A DNA stretch of 32,000 nucleotides from Archaeoglobus fulgidus DSM 4304 (GTDB lineage: Archaea; Halobacteriota; Archaeoglobi; Archaeoglobales; Archaeoglobaceae). A program made the position numbers and the translations under genes. Positions 9,975-19,144 of this stretch are shown here, one piece after another. The DNA lies in contig NC_000917.1 in NCBI RefSeq assembly GCF_000008665.1, positions 2,100,001 through 2,132,000 on the forward strand, in the 5' to 3' direction. The first letter of the stretch is position 1, and every line of letters starts with the position of its first letter. The notes below the pieces were generated by a model that was not told the DNA's origin, ran no database searches, and saw only the letters and a list, made by a program, of their open reading frames with translations.

Positions 9975-11041
9975 ATAAGGAAAGGCTGAAGGAAGTCGGA
10001 ATTGAGCTTGACAAGTCCAAGAGGTCGGGAGTTTACCTGCAGGAAGACCAGGATGCTAAGACTTTCTCATCCTTCTTCGAAGGTGTGGAAGTGATGAGCA
10101 TAAAGCAGGCAATGGAGAAGTACGACTGGGTTAAGGACTACTTCTGGAAGATTCTGCGTAAGGATCAGGATGAGTTTACGAGAATGGCCGACACAGAGGA
10201 CGTCAACGGCTACTTCATCCGCTCTCTGCCAGGAGCAAAAGTTGAAATACCCGTGGAGGCTTGCCTTTACCTGAAAAAGGTTGAGAAGCAGAGAGTCCAC
10301 AACATTGTGATAGCTGAGGAAGGTTCGGAGCTCAACATCATTTCCGGCTGCACCTCTCATCCCGGCGTGGCGGGAATGCACATCGGTATATCGGAGTTTT
10401 TTGTTAAAAAGAACGCAAAGCTCTCCTTCACCATGATACACAGCTGGGATACAACTATAGAGGTGAGGCCAAGAACAGCGATAAAGGTGGAGGAGGGTGG
10501 AACCTTCATAAGCAACTACATCCTGCTCAATCCCGTAAAGCTCGTCCAGACCTACCCAACAGCCTATGTGGAGAAAGATGCGACTGCGATATTCAACAGC
10601 GTAATTGTTGCTCTTGAGGGCAGCGTCGTCGATTCTGGATCGAGAGCTGTTTTGATGGGTGAAAACAGCAGAGCTGAAATCATATCGAGAACCATAAGCA
10701 AAGGCGGGAAGATCATCGCAAGAGGACACATCATCGGAGATGCCCCTGAGGTTAAGGGACATCTCGAGTGCAAGGGTTTGATGCTGTCTGAGAGCGGGCT
10801 GATTGACGCAATTCCCGAACTTGAGGCGAGATATCCAAATGTTGAGCTGAGCCATGAAGCTGCCATAGGCAAAATTGCCGAGGAGGGGATATTCTACCTC
10901 ATGTCGAGGGGGCTTAGCAGAGACGAAGCAATTTCGGCGATAGTCAGGGGATTCATGGAAATAGAGATAAAGGGTCTGCCGGAGGCACTTCAGGAGGCAA
11001 TAAGGAGAACCATAGAGATGGCGGAGAGGGACTTGCTGTAA
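9932..11041 (+). CDS. sufB: Fe-S cluster assembly scaffold SufB/SufD family
   Basis: SufBD family pattern (HNIVIAEEGSELNIISGCTSHPG, LSHEAAIGKIAEEGIFYLMSRGLSRDEA). Overlaps the sufC 3' end; the exact start is uncertain (9932 or the next ATG). Confidence 0.9.
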   Translation: MFGEMSGEYGELGVDKERLKEVGIELDKSKRSGVYLQEDQDAKTFSSFFEGVEVMSIKQAMEKYDWVKDYFWKILRKDQDEFTRMADTEDVNGYFIRSLPGAKVEIPVEACLYLKKVEKQRVHNIVIAEEGSELNIISGCTSHPGVAGMHIGISEFFVKKNAKLSFTMIHSWDTTIEVRPRTAIKVEEGGTFISNYILLNPVKLVQTYPTAYVEKDATAIFNSVIVALEGSVVDSGSRAVLMGENSRAEIISRTISKGGKIIARGHIIGDAPEVKGHLECKGLMLSESGLIDAIPELEARYPNVELSHEAAIGKIAEEGIFYLMSRGLSRDEAISAIVRGFMEIEIKGLPEALQEAIRRTIEMAERDLL

Positions 11042-11097
11042 TCAGAGAGTACAGCCGTCATCATCGCCACGGCTCAGATCCTGCTAGATTCATCACC
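11041..11097 (-). ncRNA. C/D box sRNA (2'-O-methylation guide), tail-to-tail with sufB
   Basis: Minus strand reads GTGATGA (C) - ATCTAGCAGGAT (12 nt) - CTGA (D') - GCCGTGGCG - ATGATGA (C') - CGGCTGTACTCT (12 nt) - CTGA (D). All four boxes match, both D-guide spacers are exactly 12 nt. Confidence 0.85.
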
Positions 11098-11137
11098 TAT
11101 TTTTGGTTGTTAAAGGAGAATTTAAGTTTTTTCTAAC

Positions 11138-11437
11138 TCAAGTTTCAAGCAATTGGAGTATTTCCTGTGTATTATAAACTTTAACAGCACTTTGCTCCTT
11201 TAATCTCCTGTCGTTTGACCAAATCGCACAGTTTAATTTTAATGCGAGTGCAAGGAAGGAATGTCGTCGGGGTCAGGAGAAATGTCCTTAGCCTCATAAT
11301 ACTTGTCCTGAAAGTCTTCAAACGGAATTGTTCTTCCAGAAAATTAAAAACGACCTCCAGTTGCAAAAACCCTGAATGTCCCACTTCTGGCAATAAGAGC
11401 AGCAAATAATACATTAGCATCTATCACCAGTAACATG
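11138..11437 (-). pseudogene. Decayed PIN-domain toxin (VapC) gene
   Basis: MLLVIDANVLFAALIARSGTFRVFATGGRF*, then in other frames FEDFQDKYYEAKDISPDPDD and LALALKLNCAIWSNDRRLKEQSAVKVYNTQEILQLLET*. PIN motifs are present but shifted or shortened. Confidence 0.75.
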
Positions 11438-11609
11438 CTTCCTGAACCTCTCTGCAATAGATTTGCTGACTTTCTCGCCAAGCTCTAAGGCATCTTTTTC
11501 CGGTTAAATTTTGAATTTCCTTTTCAATCATTCTTCTTATCGCTGGCGACCAATCAACACCAAGCTCATCCATCTTCCTCTTTAAGTCTTCGGGGATTTT
11601 AATTTTCAA
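11415..11609 (-). pseudogene. Decayed VapB-type antitoxin gene
   Basis: MKIKIPEDLKRKMDELGVDWSPAIRRMIEKEIQNLTGK, then after a frame change DALELGEKVSKSIAERFRKHVTGDRC*, the expected antitoxin tail, overlapping the toxin start. Confidence 0.7.
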
Positions 11610-11950
11610 TTCGGCATATTTAATACAACTTCCTCATGGATATATTCCTTACTTTATCAGAGTCTTCCTTTGAGAGAAAAGTAGGGACTACAAGCTTCAT
11701 AAAGCTAACTTTAAAGGAAAATTGAGGAAAAAGCTTGCAGAATCCAAACCGCAAATTACTCTGCATCACCAGACACTATGCAACTTCAGGAGTTTACTAC
11801 AGAGAAGGTGGAGAAAGAGCTGAGATTGGCAGAACTCTCGAACTGACAAAGAAGGGAGAGGTAGCCGACATTTTTGGAGTTGTGTAGTATCTGACACCAT
11901 CCCAAACAAAACCAAACACCTTTAAATAACCCACTCCCCACACAAAACCA

Positions 11951-13072
11951 ATGAGGGAAGCAGCAAGACTCTCTCAGATTTCCACGTCGATGATTCGAAG
12001 GATGTTCGAAATTGTCGAAAGAGCAAAGAAGGAGGGCAGGGAAATCATCAGCTTAACAATTGGCGAGCCAGACTTTGATACCCCGCAGGAGGTCATTGAG
12101 AGGGCATGCAGAGCCATGAATGCCGGCTTCACTCACTACACCTCCAACTTCGGCCTTGAGGAGCTTCGAAGCGCCATTGCAGAGAGGTATGGAGTTGACT
12201 CCAGCAATGTGATGGTTACGGCTGGAGGCAGCGAGGCTTTGCTTAACGCATCTCTCGCTTTCATCGAGGAGGGAAGCAAGGTTGTTATCCCCTCACCCAA
12301 CTTTCTGAGCTACTTCACCTACGCCAAGATGTGTGGGGGCCAAATCGTTCAGCTCAGAACCCACAATAACGGCTTTCTGCCAGACGTCGAGAAGCTGAAC
12401 GAAATCATTGACAGGAACGTGAGCGTCATTTTCCTAAACTACCCCAACAACCCCACCGGGGCGGTAATTGACGAGAAGGATGCTAGGGCAGTTGTTGAAA
12501 TCGCCGCTGACAATAAAGCAATTGTAGTGAGCGACGAAATCTACGACCAGATATATTACGACGTCAAACCAACTTCCCTTGCCGGCTACGAAAACGTTGT
12601 GTGTGTTAATGGCTTCTCCAAATCCCTCTCCATGACCGGTTGGAGGATTGGTTTCACCATAGCCGATGAAAAGCTGCTCGACCCGATGCTGAAGGTCCAT
12701 CAGGTTAATGGCGTCTGCGCTCCTGCTTTCGCCCAGAAGGCAGTGGCTGAGGTTATGGCAGAAAGGTTGTTCGACTCCATCGTCTCAAGGATGGTCAAGG
12801 AGTTCAGGCAGAGGAGGGATTACCTTTACTCGGAGCTAAGCAAAATATACGACGTAGTTAAGCCTGAAGGGGCCTTCTACATGTTCGTAAACGTTAACCA
12901 GGACTGCATGGAGTATGCCGAGAACCTCATCAACCTTGGAGTTGCCGTCACACCCGGCCTGCCCTTCGGAGACGGAAATGAGACTTACGTGAGAATCAGC
13001 TACGCCAACTCCCTTGAAAACCTCAAGAAGGCGGCTGAGATAATCAGGGAGTATGAGAGTCAGAGAGCTTAG
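11951..13072 (+). CDS. PLP-dependent aspartate aminotransferase family protein
   Basis: LTIGEPDFDTP, YPNNPTGAVIDE, VSDEIYDQIYYD, NGFSKSLSMTGWRIGF (PLP lysine). Confidence 0.93.
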   Translation: MREAARLSQISTSMIRRMFEIVERAKKEGREIISLTIGEPDFDTPQEVIERACRAMNAGFTHYTSNFGLEELRSAIAERYGVDSSNVMVTAGGSEALLNASLAFIEEGSKVVIPSPNFLSYFTYAKMCGGQIVQLRTHNNGFLPDVEKLNEIIDRNVSVIFLNYPNNPTGAVIDEKDARAVVEIAADNKAIVVSDEIYDQIYYDVKPTSLAGYENVVCVNGFSKSLSMTGWRIGFTIADEKLLDPMLKVHQVNGVCAPAFAQKAVAEVMAERLFDSIVSRMVKEFRQRRDYLYSELSKIYDVVKPEGAFYMFVNVNQDCMEYAENLINLGVAVTPGLPFGDGNETYVRISYANSLENLKKAAEIIREYESQRA

Positions 13073-13619
13073 AGAAGAGGACGCGAGGGACGCCGTAAGA
13101 ATTCTCGTCCTTTCATTTGGCAGAGAGCTGAACGGGATTTTTGGTGACACAGAGCTGGCGAGGGAGCTTTTCTTCAAGTTTTTCTCCATCCACACTGAAG
13201 AGTGCCTTGTGGTTGAGGCTGAGAGAATTATCGGCTTCGCATCCTACTCCTTCAAACAGAGGCTCCCAATCTCCGATTTTCTTAAAAAGGAGCTTGGATT
13301 TGTCAAAGGGCTGAAGTTGTCAATGCTCATCCGCTACCTCTGCCCCAAGCCTAAGAAGGGAAAGGCGGTGATAAACTTCATCGCCGTCTCACCGCTGAGA
13401 AGGAACAGCGGAGCAGGTTCGGCGTTGCTTGAAAAAATCGTAGAAAGAGTGAAGGAGGGTGGGGGAAAGGAAATCGAGTGCTACGTTTCCGTTGACAACG
13501 ACGCTGGCATTGGCCTTCTGACAAAATTTGGCTTTGAAGTTGCCAAAATGCTCGACAACCGCTTTGCGGAAAAAAATTTTGGGGCGAGGCAGTGGTACCT
13601 CATGAGGCTCAAACTTTAA
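13053..13619 (+). CDS. GNAT family N-acetyltransferase
   Basis: VRELREEDARDAVRILVLSF..., INFIAVSPLRRNSGAGSALLEKIVERVKEGG acetyl-CoA binding motif. Confidence 0.85.
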   Translation: MRVRELREEDARDAVRILVLSFGRELNGIFGDTELARELFFKFFSIHTEECLVVEAERIIGFASYSFKQRLPISDFLKKELGFVKGLKLSMLIRYLCPKPKKGKAVINFIAVSPLRRNSGAGSALLEKIVERVKEGGGKEIECYVSVDNDAGIGLLTKFGFEVAKMLDNRFAEKNFGARQWYLMRLKL

Positions 13620-15304
13620 CCCTGCTTCCTCATCTCCTCTTCCCTGAGAACTCTCCTGAGAACTTTCCCCACAAGAGACTTCGGCAGCTCATCCCTGAAC
13701 TCTACAAGCTTGGGAACCTTGTAAGGAGCAAGCCTCTCCTTGCAGAACTTTATTATGTCTTCCTCCGTCACCTTTCCCTTCCATCCCGGCTTGAGCTCTA
13801 TGAAGGCCTTGACAGTTTCTCCCCTGTAGGGGTCTGGAATGCCAACAACAGCAGCTTCCGCAACCGCTGGATGTTCGTACAACACTTCCTCGATTTCCCT
13901 CGGGTAGATGTTGAACCCTCCAGCGATTATCATGTCTTTCTTCCTGTCCACGATGTAGAAAAAGCCGTCCTCGTCCATTTTCGCCATGTCTCCCGTTAAA
14001 AGCCATCCGTTGATTAGAGTGTTCTCTGTCTCCTCCTTGCGGTTCCAGTAGCCCTTCATTACCTGCGGCCCTCTTATTACAAGCTCCCCCACTTCTCCGG
14101 GCGGGAGGATGTTTCCCTCATCGTCAATCACCACTGCTATCGTGTCGGGATAGGGCAGCCCTACACTCCCCTCCTTATTCAGCCCGTATATGGGGTTTCC
14201 GTGAGTTATCGGCGACGCCTCGCTCAGCCCGTAGCCCTCAGTAATCCTCTTACCCGTAAGCTCCTCCCACCTCCTCTTCACCTCTATTGGCAGCGGAGCC
14301 GCTCCGCTCGTGCACACTCTCAGGGAGCTCAAATCGTAGCCGTTCTCCTCAAGAAGCTTCAGCATCCCGATGTACATCGTCGGCACGGCTGCGAGGGTTG
14401 TAACTTTAAAGGTCTGAATGGCCTGAAGAACCATCGGGTAGTTTCGGGGGTCGGGCATGGGGATAATTGTCGCACCTACAAGAATTCCAACGTTCATCAT
14501 CGTCATCCCGTAGCTGTGGAAAACGGGAAGCATGCCAATCCCCACATCGGCAGAAGAAGCTTTGGGGTCCCAGTTGGCAGCCTGATAGGCATTTGCTACA
14601 ATGTTGAAGTGGGTGAGCATAACCCCCTTGGGGAATCCGGTCGTCCCCCCAGTGTACTGCAGCATCGCAACATCCTCTTTCGGATTTATCTCCGCCCTCC
14701 TTTCAGTCTTCTCAGCCTCCATGACGTTCTTCCACGAGTAAAGCCCCTTTCTCTTCTCAGGCGGGTCGGGCATCGTAGCGCCAACCATGAAGTCCTGAAG
14801 GCTGCAGGTTATTACAGTATCAAGAGTGCCATCGTCAAGCAGCGGAGAAACGTTGGAGTACAGCATATCCATGCAGAACATCGTCTTTGCACCGCTGTCT
14901 TCAGCGAGAAACTTTATCTCTCTCTGAGTGTAGAGGGGGTTGCACTGCACTATGATTCCACCAACTTTCAGAATCCCAGCCATTATTGGGGCAGCATGGG
15001 GAGTGTTGGGAAGGGCAAAGATTACTCTATCCCCTTTCTCAATGCCAATGTCGAAGAGAAATCCCGCAACTTTGTCAGAAGCTTCCTTTGCCTGCCTGTA
15101 AGTAATCTGATTGCCAAAGAATATTGTTCCAACCTTGTTCCCATACTTTTCAGCAGCCATCTCAAGAATCCTGTAAGCGGGCATCACGGGATAATCGAGC
15201 CTGTCCCTCACGCCCTCGTCGTAGTGCTTCACCCAGATTCTGTTTATACCGCTACCATCGGTCTCTCGAATATTTTGCCCCTCAATACCAAGTATCCCAC
15301 TCAT
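13616..15304 (-). CDS. Long-chain fatty acid--CoA ligase (AMP-binding)
   Basis: MLQYTGGTTGFPKGVMLTH, GYGLSEASP, GWLLTGDMAKMDEDGFFYIVDRKKDMIIAGGFNIYPREIEE, APYKVPKLVEF. Confidence 0.95.
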   Translation of the reverse strand: MSGILGIEGQNIRETDGSGINRIWVKHYDEGVRDRLDYPVMPAYRILEMAAEKYGNKVGTIFFGNQITYRQAKEASDKVAGFLFDIGIEKGDRVIFALPNTPHAAPIMAGILKVGGIIVQCNPLYTQREIKFLAEDSGAKTMFCMDMLYSNVSPLLDDGTLDTVITCSLQDFMVGATMPDPPEKRKGLYSWKNVMEAEKTERRAEINPKEDVAMLQYTGGTTGFPKGVMLTHFNIVANAYQAANWDPKASSADVGIGMLPVFHSYGMTMMNVGILVGATIIPMPDPRNYPMVLQAIQTFKVTTLAAVPTMYIGMLKLLEENGYDLSSLRVCTSGAAPLPIEVKRRWEELTGKRITEGYGLSEASPITHGNPIYGLNKEGSVGLPYPDTIAVVIDDEGNILPPGEVGELVIRGPQVMKGYWNRKEETENTLINGWLLTGDMAKMDEDGFFYIVDRKKDMIIAGGFNIYPREIEEVLYEHPAVAEAAVVGIPDPYRGETVKAFIELKPGWKGKVTEEDIIKFCKERLAPYKVPKLVEFRDELPKSLVGKVLRRVLREEEMRKQG

Positions 15305-15344
15305 GATACGAAAAAATTGTGATTAACTTAAAAATTTTACGAAA

Positions 15345-16334
15345 TTAATCATCTACTTTTTGCTGCTGCTTATAATTATGATACTTTTCAAAAGCCTCCT
15401 TTGCCTTTTCTTCCTCACCAAGATACTGGTATGCCTCACCGACGTGCTTCCACCACATGGGGTCGTTTTCAGCTTCGCTTTCACAGTATGCGGCGAACTT
15501 CAGCATTGCCTCCCTTGCCTTCTCCGATTCTCCCAGCTTCTCGTAAATCTTCGTCACATCCTCCCAGAAAACCCCCTCCTCTTCAGCTTCCTCGATGTAG
15601 TACTCCAATGCCCTCTGCCATGCTTTTTTCGCATTTTCAGAATCTCCGATTTCCTCGTAAATCTTCGCGACATCCTCCCAGAACCACGGCTCCTCCTCGG
15701 CGTACCTCTCAAGGCACTCAGCAGCTCTTCTCATTTCACCGGCCTTTTTGTAGAACTCGTAAGCTTCTTTCCAGTAGTACGAGTCTCCCTTTTCGGCAGC
15801 AAGCTTCTCATAGATTTCAGCAGCCTTTGAGAATTCCTCAGCCTTCTCGTAGCACCATGCAGCCGACTCCTCCATCCCTGCTTTGAGGTAGCATTCTGCT
15901 GCACTCTTATAGTTTCCAGACTTTTCGTACTTTCTTGCCGCTGCCCTATATCTGCCGGCATTTTCAAGGGCCTTTGCACTCCTCAACCTCTCGTAGAGGG
16001 TCAGATCCGGCTCCGAAATCCACCAAAGTCCGAAGGCGAAGGCGAGGATGTAAGCCGCGGTGATGTACGCCACATGCATCGGATTCTCCCAGGTGTAGCA
16101 CTGATACAGGGCGTAAAGAGAGGCGATGAGCGAAAGCAGCGAGGGAAGTGTGTACTTCGATTTTGCGTATATCAGCACACCAGCCATTATTGCGGAGATT
16201 GCAGCAACTCCGAGGTATGCAAGGAACAGGATTAATCTGAGGAGGAAGAGCGGGGAGAAGAAGTAGGCTATCGCTCCCGCGGCGAGCAGAACAGTTGCCA
16301 AAAAGATTATGGCAAGGGCTGTGAACCTGTCCAT
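15345..16334 (-). CDS. Membrane-anchored TPR-repeat protein
   Basis: N-terminal TM helices followed by repeated A/G-Y-A-A-KxYEK TPR-like units. Confidence 0.8.
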   Translation of the reverse strand: MDRFTALAIIFLATVLLAAGAIAYFFSPLFLLRLILFLAYLGVAAISAIMAGVLIYAKSKYTLPSLLSLIASLYALYQCYTWENPMHVAYITAAYILAFAFGLWWISEPDLTLYERLRSAKALENAGRYRAAARKYEKSGNYKSAAECYLKAGMEESAAWCYEKAEEFSKAAEIYEKLAAEKGDSYYWKEAYEFYKKAGEMRRAAECLERYAEEEPWFWEDVAKIYEEIGDSENAKKAWQRALEYYIEEAEEEGVFWEDVTKIYEKLGESEKAREAMLKFAAYCESEAENDPMWWKHVGEAYQYLGEEEKAKEAFEKYHNYKQQQKVDD

Positions 16335-16367
16335 GAAAGGTGTAGCACAGCGCGGATAAAATATTTT

Positions 16368-16757
16368 CTATTCCCTTAATTTTTTCAGCGCATCGACAAG
16401 CTTTTCAAGGGAATCTGAAAGAACTCTTACCTCCTCAACACTTCTTGACTCTACCATCATATCGCAGACCTTAGAAATGGCCATTTCAATCTTCTCCACT
16501 GCCTCATCATAATCTGCTTTCACTGCCGGCTTTGTGCTTTCCGGTGGTTTCTCTTCTGATTCGGCCTTAGCTGCCGAATCTTCCTCTATAACGACTTCCC
16601 TCCCACATGAAGGACAGAAGATTTTTCCATCCTTCTCGAAGAGAGGCATCTTGCACTCCGGGCAGCTATGGGCAAGCATTTTCGCCCCTTTGTAAAGAAG
16701 TTCTGCTGCACTTGCAATTCCCTTTTCCGAAATTTTTTTATCACTCACGATTTCCAT
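16368..16757 (-). CDS. Zinc-ribbon protein, Sjogren's/scleroderma autoantigen 1-like family
   Basis: MEIVSDKKISEKGIASAAELLYKGAKMLAHSCPECKMPLFEKDGKIFCPSCGREV. ATG at 16757; the longer ORF to 16973 overlaps UPF0147 antisense. Confidence 0.8.
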   Translation of the reverse strand: MEIVSDKKISEKGIASAAELLYKGAKMLAHSCPECKMPLFEKDGKIFCPSCGREVVIEEDSAAKAESEEKPPESTKPAVKADYDEAVEKIEMAISKVCDMMVESRSVEEVRVLSDSLEKLVDALKKLRE

Positions 16758-16803
16758 TTGATTCCGAGCTATTAAAATTTTCCAGTTTTGCGAGGTGAGG
16801 AGC

Positions 16804-17058
16804 ATGGCGAAGAAAGGGCTTGAAGAGGTTCTGGAAACGCTTGATAGAATCATCCACGACGAGACCGTGCCGAGAAACGTAAGAAGAGTTGCAAGCGAGA
16901 TTAAGGAAAAGCTCACGACAACAGATGAAGTTTCACTTGAGGCTGCCTCGGCAATATCGGTTTTAGAGGACATCTCCGCTGATCCGAACCTGCCGATGCA
17001 TGTAAGAACGATGATCTGGAACCTAACAAGTCAGTTAGAGAGGATTTCCGTTGAGTGA
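16804..17058 (+). CDS. UPF0147 family protein
   Basis: MAKKGLEEVLETLDRIIHDETVPRNVRRVASEIKEKL...AISVLEDISADPNLPMHVRTMIWNLTSQLE; the ORF track start 16795 is also possible. Confidence 0.88.
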   Translation: MAKKGLEEVLETLDRIIHDETVPRNVRRVASEIKEKLTTTDEVSLEAASAISVLEDISADPNLPMHVRTMIWNLTSQLERISVE

Positions 17059-17602
17059 GCTAAAGAAAGAGCTTCTCCGAAAATCCATTCATTTTTCCGG
17101 AATCGTTTACGTTCCGGCTTACCTTTATTTTGGAAAAGAGTTCGTGCTTATCGGTGTGACTTTAGCGCTGGTTTTCGCGGCTATTTTTGAGTTTTTTCGC
17201 CTGAGGTACAAGCTACTTTCTTGGTTGGTGAGGGATTACGAAAGGAACAGAGTTGGGGCTTACATCTACTTTGGCGTGGCGGTTCTTTTTGTTACGCTGC
17301 TTTTTCCGATGAACGCAGCAATTTCTGCGGTTCTCGTTGCTCTGCTTGGCGATGGTGTTGGTGGAGTTGTTAAGAGGTTGCCAGTAAGGAGAGCGGGTGA
17401 AATTGCCTTCTTTGCGATGCTTGTTGTCCCATTTGTGGCATCTCTGCCCCTGCTCTCTCCCATCCCATCTTTTGCTGCGTGTTTTGCAGGTGCGATTGTT
17501 GAGAGGATTGAGAAGATTGGCGGATACTATCTTCAAGACAACCTGACGGTGCCGGTAACTGCTGCTGTCGTATATTTCTCAGTAAACTACATATTGTCCT
17601 AA
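17051..17602 (+). CDS. Polyprenol kinase / phosphatidate cytidylyltransferase-like membrane protein
   Basis: ELLRKSIHFSGIVYVPAYLYFGKE..., LLGDGVGGVVKRL, GAIVERIEKIGGYYLQDNLTVPV; SEC59/VTE5-like pattern. Confidence 0.75.
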   Translation: MSELKKELLRKSIHFSGIVYVPAYLYFGKEFVLIGVTLALVFAAIFEFFRLRYKLLSWLVRDYERNRVGAYIYFGVAVLFVTLLFPMNAAISAVLVALLGDGVGGVVKRLPVRRAGEIAFFAMLVVPFVASLPLLSPIPSFAACFAGAIVERIEKIGGYYLQDNLTVPVTAAVVYFSVNYILS

Positions 17603-17615
17603 CCCTACGCCCATT

Positions 17616-18374
17616 ATGGATGAAAGGGATGCGCTGAGAATTTCGAGGGAGATTGCAGGAGAGGTCAGAAAGGCCATTGCGTCAATGCCCTTGAGGGAGA
17701 GAGTAAAGGACGTGGGAATGGGGAAGGATGGCACTCCAACCAAGGCAGCCGACAGAGTTGCGGAAGATGCTGCGCTTGAAATTTTGAGAAAGGAGAGGGT
17801 TACGGTGGTTACAGAGGAGTCGGGAGTTTTGGGGGAGGGAGATGTCTTTGTTGCCCTCGACCCCCTCGATGGAACCTTCAATGCTACGAGAGGGATTCCA
17901 GTTTATTCAGTCAGCCTCTGCTTCTCCTATTCGGATAAACTGAAAGACGCCTTCTTTGGCTACGTTTACAACCTCGCAACAGGGGATGAATACTACGCGG
18001 ACTCCAGCGGGGCTTACAGAAACGGGGAGAGGATTGAGGTGAGCGATGCTGAGGAGCTTTACTGCAACGCCATAATCTACTATCCCGACAGGAAGTTTCC
18101 CTTTAAGAGGATGAGGATTTTTGGAAGTGCTGCAACGGAGCTTTGCTTCTTTGCTGACGGCTCCTTTGACTGCTTCCTCGACATCCGCCCCGGAAAGATG
18201 CTTAGAATCTACGATGCCGCTGCGGGTGTTTTTATTGCAGAAAAGGCAGGAGGAAAGGTTACCGAACTTGATGGAGAAAGCTTGGGGAATAAAAAATTTG
18301 ATATGCAGGAAAGGCTCAATATCGTCGCCGCAAATGAAAAACTCCATCCAAAGCTGCTGGAGCTGATTAAATGA
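17616..18374 (+). CDS. suhB: Inositol monophosphatase / fructose-1,6-bisphosphatase
   Basis: VFVALDPLDGTFNATRGIPVYSVS metal-binding motif (DPLDGT), DVGMGKDGTPTKAADRVAEDAAL. Confidence 0.92.
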   Translation: MDERDALRISREIAGEVRKAIASMPLRERVKDVGMGKDGTPTKAADRVAEDAALEILRKERVTVVTEESGVLGEGDVFVALDPLDGTFNATRGIPVYSVSLCFSYSDKLKDAFFGYVYNLATGDEYYADSSGAYRNGERIEVSDAEELYCNAIIYYPDRKFPFKRMRIFGSAATELCFFADGSFDCFLDIRPGKMLRIYDAAAGVFIAEKAGGKVTELDGESLGNKKFDMQERLNIVAANEKLHPKLLELIK

Positions 18375-19120
18375 GGGCCGCAGTGGTTTACAAAACCGAT
18401 GGTCACGTGAAGAGGATTGAGGAAGCTTTGAAAAGGCTGGAGGTTGAGGTTGAGCTCTTCAACCAGCCTTCAGAAGAGCTTGAGAATTTTGACTTCATTG
18501 TGAGTGTTGGGGGAGACGGGACAATTCTGAGAATACTGCAGAAGCTGAAGCGCTGCCCGCCCATTTTCGGGATAAACACCGGAAGAGTCGGTCTGCTTAC
18601 CCACGCCAGCCCTGAAAACTTTGAGGTTGAGCTTAAAAAGGCGGTGGAGAAGTTTGAGGTTGAGAGGTTTCCGAGAGTAAGCTGCTCCGCAATGCCCGAT
18701 GTTCTTGCCCTCAACGAGATTGCCGTTTTGAGCAGAAAACCGGCGAAGATGATAGACGTCGCTTTGAGGGTCGATGGCGTGGAGGTGGACAGAATAAGGT
18801 GCGACGGCTTTATTGTTGCAACTCAGATTGGCTCCACAGGCTACGCCTTCTCTGCTGGAGGGCCGGTAGTTGAGCCCTACCTCGAATGCTTCATCCTCAT
18901 CCCCATTGCACCCTTCCGCTTCGGCTGGAAGCCCTACGTGGTCAGCATGGAGAGGAAAATTGAGGTTATTGCTGAGAAAGCCATTGTGGTGGCTGATGGG
19001 CAGAAGAGCGTGGATTTTGATGGTGAGATAACCATAGAAAAGTCGGAATTTCCGGCTGTGTTCTTCAAAAACGAGAAAAGGTTCAGGAACCTTTTCGGGA
19101 AAGTTAGGAGCATAGGTTAA
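18371..19120 (+). CDS. nadK: NAD kinase
   Basis: VSVGGDGTILRILQ (GGDGT), INTGRVGLLTHA, TQIGSTGYAFSAGGPVVEP. Confidence 0.94.
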   Translation: MRAAVVYKTDGHVKRIEEALKRLEVEVELFNQPSEELENFDFIVSVGGDGTILRILQKLKRCPPIFGINTGRVGLLTHASPENFEVELKKAVEKFEVERFPRVSCSAMPDVLALNEIAVLSRKPAKMIDVALRVDGVEVDRIRCDGFIVATQIGSTGYAFSAGGPVVEPYLECFILIPIAPFRFGWKPYVVSMERKIEVIAEKAIVVADGQKSVDFDGEITIEKSEFPAVFFKNEKRFRNLFGKVRSIG

Positions 19121-19144
19121 ATATCAGTTTTGACTACTATTATT

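Noticed and set aside
13616-13619. 4-nt convergent overlap between GNAT and acyl-CoA ligase genes
   Set aside because: Ordinary tail-to-tail stop-codon overlap in compact archaeal genomes.
14201-15322. Plus-strand 373-aa ORF
   Set aside because: Antisense of the strongly supported acyl-CoA ligase; Ser/His/Arg-rich shadow ORF without recognisable motifs.
16758-16973. 5' extension of the minus-strand ORF 16368-16973
   Set aside because: Low-complexity Ser-rich antisense of UPF0147; the ATG at 16757 gives the expected family N-terminus.
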